Below, one piece after another: positions 21,878 through 30,943 of a DNA stretch of 64,000 nucleotides. Position 1 is the first letter of the stretch, and every line of letters begins with the position of its first letter. Origin of the DNA: Spirochaetia bacterium (lineage in GTDB: Bacteria; Spirochaetota; Spirochaetia; DSM-2461); NCBI GenBank assembly GCA_963668315.1, contig OY764216.1:704001-768000 (forward strand), given 5' to 3'. The translations under genes were made by a program, and so were the position numbers. A model generated the notes under the pieces. That model worked only from the letters and a program-made list of their open reading frames with translations. It ran no database searches and was not told the DNA's origin.

Positions 21878-22009
21878 AAAATACTCCTAAACTTTGATTT
21901 TCACATAACACAAGCAATATAACCCATGTTATATGACACTTGTATTATTCTATCATAGAAGAAAGAGCTGTCAATGAATTTCTAGCTATTTATAAACCGG
22001 GGAAAATTA

Positions 22010-22651
22010 TTAGATCCAGGGCTCCAGGAGGGATTCCAGGGCGTGGCATAAAATTTCCCTGTAATAATCCTTTCCCGTGGGAAGATGGTGATCCCTGCGA
22101 GCCCTGGTCTGCTTCCCGTCCAGTTCGAGCAGAGGGAGGAAGCCGGTGATCTGCGCCTGAATCACCAGGAGGAATTCGTTAATGTCATCCTTCTCCGTGG
22201 AAGGGTATAGCCCCCGTATCAATCTGTTCAGCCTGTCCATTCCCCTTTTATACGTATCATACCAGAGAGAAAGGGCCTTTTCTCCGGCGTTTTTCTCCAG
22301 GATGGACAGGGAGAGCGAAAGGAGTTCGGGGAGGCGGGGGTTGTTCAGCATGATGTCTACCCAGATATGGGAAAATTCCTTGAGCCCGTAACTCCTCTGG
22401 GGAAAGGCCTCTTCGGTCTTCTCCACCCAGGAGAGAAAATCCTCCGATAGGAGCTGCAGGAACAGATCTTCCCGGCAGGCGTAGTACTTGTACAGATTGG
22501 ACCGGGTGAACGACGCATAACGGGCGATATCGGCCAAAGTCATTTCAGAGAAGGGGCAGGTTTCGTTCAGCGCCAGAGCGGCGTCGCAGATCTCTCTTCT
22601 TCTTATCTCTTTCTGATCATCTCCATTGGCTCTTTTCCAGGTGCGGCTCAT
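22010..22651 (-). CDS. TetR family regulator
   Basis: MTLADIARYASFTRSNLYKYY HTH. Confidence 0.88.
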   Translation of the reverse strand: MSRTWKRANGDDQKEIRRREICDAALALNETCPFSEMTLADIARYASFTRSNLYKYYACREDLFLQLLSEDFLSWVEKTEEAFPQRSYGLKEFSHIWVDIMLNNPRLPELLSLSLSILEKNAGEKALSLWYDTYKRGMDRLNRLIRGLYPSTEKDDINEFLLVIQAQITGFLPLLELDGKQTRARRDHHLPTGKDYYREILCHALESLLEPWI

Positions 22652-22746
22652 CCTTGCGTTTATCCTTTGAATACTTTATCAAATACCATTTAATTGTAAT
22701 ATCGGCGGGAAGGATTTTTCAATAGAAGATCGTAAAGAGATATCGG

Positions 22747-23964
22747 CTATGGCCTGACGGTATTATTGGCATAAGTATCACAACTAGCCCAGTTATTGAG
22801 AGAATTCGTATCTTCGCTTGACTGGATGACCACATAAAATACGTATGAACGGCTTCCATCCGTGATTTCATAGCCATTCTGATCTGAGACCGCGATCGTC
22901 CGGGAGCTTCCTGTTGTCAAGGGAATTTCATACCCGCTGTTGATCAGCGTACCATTATCTTTGATATCACCGATGCTGCTGTAATAGGCCGATGAAACAT
23001 AAAGATACCAGTACAACGGAAACAGTCCCGTATCCGCTCCCTCGTTGGTAAAGGTGCTTTCCAGGGACAGGACGTCTCCAAGATACACATTCCCCGCGGG
23101 AGTACAGGTCACCGACGAACAGGAATAATCCACATCCCTGGGATCGGGCGGCGTAAGGGCCACCGCGACAGAAGCGGTATTGTCGGAGAGGGTCGTTTCG
23201 TATTCGTCGTTGGCGTCCACGGTTACGATAAGATAAAAACTGCCGCCGTCAATGGGCCAGGTTCCCGTAAAGGAAACGGTTGACGCCGCTCCGGGGGCGA
23301 GGGCCGATGCGGACCCCGTATCGATCAGAAGATCTCCGTTTCCCAGAGAACTGTTTTCGGAAATATAGGCGTACCATTCGACATTGTAGTTGCCGGACGT
23401 ATCACCATTGTTCTGAAAAGTGAAATCTCCTGAGAGGGAACTCCCCCCCTGGGTGCTTCCCGTATTGGTGACGGATGTCACCGCATAATCCACCGAAGAG
23501 CCGCTTCCCGTAATCGTATAATAGTCCGAACTGACTCTCCTGTCATTGTAGGAGTACACATCGTCTTCAGCACTCAGGTTTAAAATCAAATAGTACTGCC
23601 CGTCCGTTAACGGCCATGCACCTGAAAAATCCACCGTCTGGGAGACCCCTGCCTTAAGAGGCGAAAGGGTGCCGCCGGTTATATAAAGATCGTCGCCGTT
23701 CAGGGTTTTGTCATAGGAGGAGTAACATTCCCAGGTGATATCCACCGAGCCGTCTTCGCTTCCCCTGTTCGTACAGGTAAAGCTGCCGGTTAAGGGAGCT
23801 CCTGCCGCGGGAGTATCGGTACTGGAAATACTGTCGGGATAATAATCCACATCGGGACGGTTCTCCAGACCGTTCAGGATCTGATCAAAGGTAAACGCTT
23901 CGCCGCAGGCGAGGAGAAAGAATGAGAAACCTAAACATATTCCTATACGCATCAAAGCTTTCAT
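22747..23964 (-). CDS. Lipoprotein with three CARDB/Ig-like repeats
   Basis: Lipobox FLLAC; three Ser/Thr-rich repeats each starting VDY and containing FTxxNxG / WxxYxS-type segments. Confidence 0.7.
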   Translation of the reverse strand: MKALMRIGICLGFSFFLLACGEAFTFDQILNGLENRPDVDYYPDSISSTDTPAAGAPLTGSFTCTNRGSEDGSVDITWECYSSYDKTLNGDDLYITGGTLSPLKAGVSQTVDFSGAWPLTDGQYYLILNLSAEDDVYSYNDRRVSSDYYTITGSGSSVDYAVTSVTNTGSTQGGSSLSGDFTFQNNGDTSGNYNVEWYAYISENSSLGNGDLLIDTGSASALAPGAASTVSFTGTWPIDGGSFYLIVTVDANDEYETTLSDNTASVAVALTPPDPRDVDYSCSSVTCTPAGNVYLGDVLSLESTFTNEGADTGLFPLYWYLYVSSAYYSSIGDIKDNGTLINSGYEIPLTTGSSRTIAVSDQNGYEITDGSRSYVFYVVIQSSEDTNSLNNWASCDTYANNTVRP

Positions 23965-23966
23965 AA

Positions 23967-25085
23967 CTAAAAATGATACCCCACCCCGAAGGCGGGACAG
24001 AATCCGGAGAGATTCACCGATTCCTCCAGATACAGCATATAATCAACGGTGAGGACGGCCCCCCAGTGCCTGCTGAAATTAACGCCTGTTCCCATGCCCC
24101 CGGACACAAAGGGAATGATTTTGCCCCTGAGATCTTCTTCACCGTCCTCCATCAGCAGCAGACTCCCCCCGAAAACGCCCTCTCCAAAGAGGCGAAATCG
24201 ATCGGAAAGGTGCGGTTCCCATCCCAGGACGGCGCCCATCGAACAGAGGGAAGACCGGGTTTCCCCATTAATTCCTTTGGCCGTGAAGCCGTCATAGTGC
24301 ACAAGGATACCGCCCTCGAGGTAGGAGCGGGGAAGGGCATAGCGATAAAGTCCTTCCAGGGAGAGGGAACGGGCATAGGAAAAATACTCCGCCGACTCAA
24401 AAGTCGATATCAGTGCGCCCCCTTTCAGGGAAATAAGGAAGTCATTGTCCCTCTCTTCCTCTGGTATCATCACCTGATTCTCCTCGGGCGGCCGGGAGAG
24501 GGGAACGTCCTCCGCCCTGCTCTCCCCCGCTTCGCCGCCGGTCTCCTCTGTCATTCCGGCAGCCACGGCGGGTTCGCCGTACTTTTCATAGACCATATTG
24601 AGCTGCGAAGCGAGGTCCCGGGCCTCATCGGTATTCAGATACTCCCTCAGGATAGGGGGGAGCGTCATTCCTGAAACGAGGAATGCCTCTTCGTCAAAGC
24701 GGGAGAAAACGTTTTTTTCCTCGTCTATAAGTGCCTTATCCCAGGTACTGTATGCCCGGATACAAAGATTTTTTTTATCGTCACTATCGATATAGATTAT
24801 CTCAATGACAAAAAAGGCTCCCATGAAAAGGCCGGAGTCGATAACGTTGATAACGGATGAATCATTCTCAATGAAGATGGAGTTGAACCCCCCGTCGTAC
24901 AAATTTCCTGAGACCTGCTTATTAAGAAGGGAAATGAGATCCGGCCGGGGCTCCTTGACATTCATAAGGGATGTACAGACCAGAACATTCGGCTCCCTGG
25001 ATCTATCTTCCTGGAGAAAAAGGGGCTGCAGAACGAGGATGAAGAGGATAAAGGCAAAGGGAAAGACAGAAGGTCTTTTCGTAAT
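23967..25085 (-). CDS. Putative outer-membrane beta-barrel protein (probable ATT start)
   Basis: Frame open from ATT 25085 after GGAGG, adding a signal-peptide-like N-terminus; first ATG at 24965; C-terminus GVGYHF with alternating beta pattern. Confidence 0.6.
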   Translation of the reverse strand: MTKRPSVFPFAFILFILVLQPLFLQEDRSREPNVLVCTSLMNVKEPRPDLISLLNKQVSGNLYDGGFNSIFIENDSSVINVIDSGLFMGAFFVIEIIYIDSDDKKNLCIRAYSTWDKALIDEEKNVFSRFDEEAFLVSGMTLPPILREYLNTDEARDLASQLNMVYEKYGEPAVAAGMTEETGGEAGESRAEDVPLSRPPEENQVMIPEEERDNDFLISLKGGALISTFESAEYFSYARSLSLEGLYRYALPRSYLEGGILVHYDGFTAKGINGETRSSLCSMGAVLGWEPHLSDRFRLFGEGVFGGSLLLMEDGEEDLRGKIIPFVSGGMGTGVNFSRHWGAVLTVDYMLYLEESVNLSGFCPAFGVGYHF

Positions 25086-26546
25086 TTACTCCTCCGGATC
25101 AAAGATTAATTGATCGCCGATCTCCGGTTTGTACCGCGTATTGAAAAGGGAAAGGATCTTTCCGGCAGGAGGATCGACCGAAGTTATCTCTCCCTGTCCG
25201 ATTTCCAGTCTGTTTCCAGCCCCTTCCTGGCGAATTATCCTGAAGGAAGCTCCCAGGCTTATCTCCGCTCCTTCGGAAAGGGTGATTTCTATCTGATTGA
25301 ACTGAATGGTCCCGATGACTCCGGTCCTCACGGGTATCTGCACTGCGGCCTGTACGGTGTTTTCCCCGGCCGCCTCTTCTTTCTCGGGAATCACGGCCTT
25401 CTCGTCTTCCAGAAGGGAAAAGGCCTTTTCAAGGAGAGGATCGCCTGAGATATAACTCAACAGGTCCTCTCTCGCCGCCAGACGGGATGTGTCGTCAGGA
25501 GAAGATTCAAGGGCCTCGATCAGCGTTTCCAGCCGATTCCTTACATCCGGCTCTTCTACCGGCGCGTCTTCCTCCATCCCGGAAAAATCGGTCTTTCCCA
25601 GCATGAAGCTCCTCATGGAATTCAGGAAATCCAGATCCCGGATCAGAACATCATGGTCAATGGCACGGAAAGGGGTCTCCTCCGGATGGCTCAGCAAAGT
25701 AATAATCTGGTCTATCCGAAAAGCCGCGTCTCCGTACAGCTCTTCCCTCAGCAAGGCCAGGATTCCTTTATACTCTTCCATCAGATAGAGGTTATATATC
25801 TCCTGCCGGTCCTGCTCCTGCTGCTGCTCTTCATTCTCCAGGGAGGAAGTCAGCTGACTGTTCTCCGCCAGAAGATCGTCCCTTTCCTTCAGGCTTACCT
25901 GAAGCTGCTGCTCGCTGTTTGTTCTCTCATCCAGGATGCGGTCAATTTCCAGATTAATTTCCGTGAGGTTCAAACTGTAATTATCCGCCATTTCCGGGGT
26001 AAACTCAGAGATCTGCTCCTCTTCCAGTCGTGACAGTTCTTCTGTGATCCGAGCCTGACTGTACCCCTTTCCCTTCATTTCAGCGGCAGATTTATTCAGG
26101 AAGGTCTCCGTTTCACGCTTCGTCACAATAAGCTGCCTCAGCATGGCCAGTTTCCTGTCGTATTCGGCAATTTGCTCCCGATAGGACAGGATTTCCCTGT
26201 TTTTATCAAGAAGGGCCTGATCGGACTGCTCTTTGAAATACTGGAGGATTCTCCATTCCGAATCATTCGTCATTTCCACGGTCGCCGGATCTATGGTTTC
26301 CCATTGGGAACGGAAGCTCCGGGAATAAAAGAAAAGAATGATGACGGTCAAGAAGATGATTCCCAGAGAGACGAGGAAATAGGCCAGAGCTCCGCTGGGG
26401 ACGTCATCGGAGGTAAAATCCTTTTCCGATGGATTGAAAAAACGGGAGAACTCTCTCTCGACGGAATCAAGGATCTCTTCTCTCTCCTTTGTCGAGATAA
26501 TATTCTCTTCATTTAACATTTCTGATTCGCTGGATAGCACGTCCAT
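25086..26546 (-). CDS. Hypothetical single-TM coiled-coil protein with C-terminal beta domain
   Basis: One TM near the N-terminus, long E/Q/L-rich coiled coil, tail ...IGQGEITSVD...PEIGDQLIF. Confidence 0.7.
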   Translation of the reverse strand: MDVLSSESEMLNEENIISTKEREEILDSVEREFSRFFNPSEKDFTSDDVPSGALAYFLVSLGIIFLTVIILFFYSRSFRSQWETIDPATVEMTNDSEWRILQYFKEQSDQALLDKNREILSYREQIAEYDRKLAMLRQLIVTKRETETFLNKSAAEMKGKGYSQARITEELSRLEEEQISEFTPEMADNYSLNLTEINLEIDRILDERTNSEQQLQVSLKERDDLLAENSQLTSSLENEEQQQEQDRQEIYNLYLMEEYKGILALLREELYGDAAFRIDQIITLLSHPEETPFRAIDHDVLIRDLDFLNSMRSFMLGKTDFSGMEEDAPVEEPDVRNRLETLIEALESSPDDTSRLAAREDLLSYISGDPLLEKAFSLLEDEKAVIPEKEEAAGENTVQAAVQIPVRTGVIGTIQFNQIEITLSEGAEISLGASFRIIRQEGAGNRLEIGQGEITSVDPPAGKILSLFNTRYKPEIGDQLIFDPEE

Positions 26547-26639
26547 ATAATCTTTATCGAAGTATTTCGTTTATTTTTCCAATTAATATTTCAAGAATAC
26601 ATTAATTAAACCATTAAAATGGACAATAATATAGTAACA

Positions 26640-28037
26640 ATGGGTAAAATGAATAAAAGATTCGGCCTAAAGGCAAAAAGTCTTCTCCTGATCATTCCGC
26701 TGCTGCTCTGCTGTTTCAGCATAAGCAGTACGGTTGTCGTAAAAAGATCTCAGAAATATCTCATTAATGAATCAAACCGCTTCATGAGTTATAAGCTCAA
26801 TCTTGTCAGTCAATACGCGACAGGGCAATGGTATCATTTCATAAGCAATAATCTGACGGATAACGACACCATCCGCCGTTTTGTCATTGCCTCCATCGGC
26901 GATTATGCGTCCTCGGCCATAGAAGAGAGCGAAGCGATTTTCGCCCGGGACGGAGGGGGCAATCTCATTTTCAGTACCGGCGAACTCTCTCCCGATCCCG
27001 CCGAGCTTGACGGGGAATCTCTTTTTAACAGCGGATTGTACATCTACCGGATCGGCGAAAACAGTTTCATCGGCAAAACAAAATATCTTACCGGTATGGA
27101 CTGGACGATTTATATAATACAGAGAAAAAACGCCTTTGACGAAGCCATTCAAAAAATGACGCATAATCTTATCCTTTTTTTCTCCGGCACGTTCATCGTC
27201 ATCATTTCCAGTTTCATTCTCATTCTCAATATCATCATCAATCCCATTAACCAGGTCCGCGTGGCAATACAGAAAAACTTATCGACCAGAGATTTCTCCC
27301 ATACCGTTCCGGTCCACTCCTCCGACGAACTGGGAGAGCTCTCCGTCAGCTTCAATAATCTTATCACCAGCCTGGATCTCTCATACAAAAAGATGAAAAG
27401 GAACGCAGAAGAAGAGGCCGTGGCCTATAAATCGCTGCATATCAGAGAGCTTGAAAGCCTGGCACTTCTGGGCAGGGCATCGGATTACAAGGACTCCCAT
27501 ACGGGTAGCCATATCAGAAGGGTCAGCTCCTACTCGCGGGTTATCGCGAAAGCCCTGGATCTCGATGAGGAGTATATCGACCTCCTCTATCATGCCGCGC
27601 CCCTCCATGACATAGGCAAATTGGGTATTCCCGATTCCATTCTGCTCAAAGAGGGACCTCTCGATGAGGAGGAGTGGCGCATAATTAAGGAGCATACCGT
27701 CATCGGCTATAACATTATGCAGAACTGTTCCAGTAAATATCTGAAAGCGGGAGCGGTCATCGCCTACTCCCATCATGAAAAATACGACGGCAGCGGCTAC
27801 CCCCGCGGGCTCCAGGGAAGCGAAATTCCCCAGTTCGGAAGGATCGTCAGCCTTGCCGACGTCTTCGATGCGCTGATTACGAAAAGGCCCTATAAGGAAG
27901 CCTGGAAACCGGAAAGAGCCCTTGAACTTATCAGAAGCGAAAGGGGCCGGCAGTTCGATCCCCGTTTGGTAGATCTGTTCCTTGCTCGTCAAAATGAGAT
28001 TATCGAGATTTTCAGAAATACAGTGGAAGAGGGTTAG
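26640..28037 (+). CDS. Membrane HAMP + HD-GYP phosphodiesterase
   Basis: Two TMs, DELGELSVSFN, LHDIGK, HHEKYDGSGYP, RPYK; start may be 26619, 26640 or 26649. Confidence 0.9.
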   Translation: MGKMNKRFGLKAKSLLLIIPLLLCCFSISSTVVVKRSQKYLINESNRFMSYKLNLVSQYATGQWYHFISNNLTDNDTIRRFVIASIGDYASSAIEESEAIFARDGGGNLIFSTGELSPDPAELDGESLFNSGLYIYRIGENSFIGKTKYLTGMDWTIYIIQRKNAFDEAIQKMTHNLILFFSGTFIVIISSFILILNIIINPINQVRVAIQKNLSTRDFSHTVPVHSSDELGELSVSFNNLITSLDLSYKKMKRNAEEEAVAYKSLHIRELESLALLGRASDYKDSHTGSHIRRVSSYSRVIAKALDLDEEYIDLLYHAAPLHDIGKLGIPDSILLKEGPLDEEEWRIIKEHTVIGYNIMQNCSSKYLKAGAVIAYSHHEKYDGSGYPRGLQGSEIPQFGRIVSLADVFDALITKRPYKEAWKPERALELIRSERGRQFDPRLVDLFLARQNEIIEIFRNTVEEG

Positions 28038-28042
28038 GAAAC

Positions 28043-28471
28043 CTATTCGTCCCCGTTTTCCGGGATTTCGGGATCTGAATCATCCTCCGACTCTCCGGAT
28101 TCCTCTTTGGATTCTCCTTTGCAATCGGTACAGAGGTAGCCTTCGTCGATAAAAATATCCTTGAGGGTCAGCTTCTTCCCGCATTTGGCGCACTTCAGGC
28201 GGTAGGGAAAAAAACGGTCCCTGAAAAAACCAAAGGACGAGCCGAAAAGCAGAACAAAAAGCACAGAAGGAAGATAGGCGGGAAGATTTTTCTGCTTTGT
28301 CAGAACCGCAGAAATCATGACTATAAAGAATAAAAGGGCCAGAAAGAAGAGGGGTATCCTCTTGGTCAGGTCTTTTGTTTTCCTCCCCAGAACCATATAG
28401 GCAAAGAGAAGGGCAATAAAAATATAATAGAAATATTTCAGTATATAGACATTTGCAATTTCAAAACTCAT
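28043..28471 (-). CDS. Hypothetical membrane protein with C-terminal CxxC-CxxC zinc ribbon
   Basis: Three hydrophobic segments, CAKC...CTDC, acidic tail; start MSFEIAN avoids overlap with the divergent gene. Confidence 0.7.
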   Translation of the reverse strand: MSFEIANVYILKYFYYIFIALLFAYMVLGRKTKDLTKRIPLFFLALLFFIVMISAVLTKQKNLPAYLPSVLFVLLFGSSFGFFRDRFFPYRLKCAKCGKKLTLKDIFIDEGYLCTDCKGESKEESGESEDDSDPEIPENGDE

Positions 28472-28526
28472 GGTTGATCTTATCATCCGCCCGTGGTATT
28501 TATCAACAGATAGAAGAGGAGAAGCT

Positions 28527-29585
28527 ATGAAAAACAGGTCGCCGCGTATCATTCTTTTTGGATTTTTTCTTATTTGCACCATGGGACTGCCCCTTTTCTC
28601 GAATGAGACCGATTCGTTGAACTGGCGGTGGGGGCTTCAATCGGCCTATTATTTTCCCCATCAGGACGGACTGAACAGTGATAACGGCTGGGATCCCCTC
28701 TCCTACCGTGTTTCCGAAGCCCCCTCTTCCCTGCCTGCCCCCGATACGGGCCGCGACCTGGGAACCGGCTGGGGAGCCCTGGAACTGCAGGGCTGGATTG
28801 AAGCCTCCAGGCAGATTCCCCTTTTGCGGGGAGACGGCCCCCTGACGGAGGGCAACAATCTGCTTCTCACCGGGACGATGGATCTCTCTCCGGCGACGGC
28901 CGATCTGAACCTGTCGTTCCGGCTGACGCCCCTGGCCTTCTTGAATTTCGAACAGGGAAACCATCTGGGCACCGGCTGGAACGCCGGAATCGCCAACGGG
29001 CTGGGGCTCAATAACGACGGCACGGGGGATCCCTTAACCGATTCTTTTCCCGGCGTCGTCTACCGCGGCTGGATCTCGGGAACGTTCCAGTTTGATCTGG
29101 CGGCGGTTCTTCCCGAGCCGAAGGACTGGAAGCATGTGGTTGTTTCCGCAACGGCCAAATGGCAGTATCAGGTCTTTTCCGCCGCCGGCGAAGACGATCC
29201 CTGGCAGTATCAGGCGGACAGCGGGGAAAACTTCAACGGGTGGCAGTTCCACTCTTCCACCGTACTGGGATATATGATTCCCCGTTCCGCCATTAATCTG
29301 GCCGGAATCATGATGGAAACGGAACGGAGGCTGGGAGAGATCTCGACGTCCAGCACCGTCTCCTCCGAAGGATGGGGGTCGGACTTCACGAAAATCAGGA
29401 TAGGGCCTCTCTTCAACTGGGCCATTGATGACAAGAGCGGTCTTACCGTTCTTATCCAGTGCCACAATGGGGTTCAGTACAGCGACGACACCATCTACTA
29501 CAACGACTTTAGAAACAGAAGCAGTACGGGTGAGACGTACTGGTATTTCGACAGAATCGCCCTGGCCTATACGATGAACCTATAG
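28527..29585 (+). CDS. Exported hypothetical protein, probable outer-membrane beta-barrel
   Basis: AGGAG SD, signal peptide, aromatic-rich amphipathic strands; paralog of 39734-40651. Confidence 0.7.
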   Translation: MKNRSPRIILFGFFLICTMGLPLFSNETDSLNWRWGLQSAYYFPHQDGLNSDNGWDPLSYRVSEAPSSLPAPDTGRDLGTGWGALELQGWIEASRQIPLLRGDGPLTEGNNLLLTGTMDLSPATADLNLSFRLTPLAFLNFEQGNHLGTGWNAGIANGLGLNNDGTGDPLTDSFPGVVYRGWISGTFQFDLAAVLPEPKDWKHVVVSATAKWQYQVFSAAGEDDPWQYQADSGENFNGWQFHSSTVLGYMIPRSAINLAGIMMETERRLGEISTSSTVSSEGWGSDFTKIRIGPLFNWAIDDKSGLTVLIQCHNGVQYSDDTIYYNDFRNRSSTGETYWYFDRIALAYTMNL

Positions 29586-29593
29586 CCCGTTTC

Positions 29594-30943
<1,350 letters not shown>

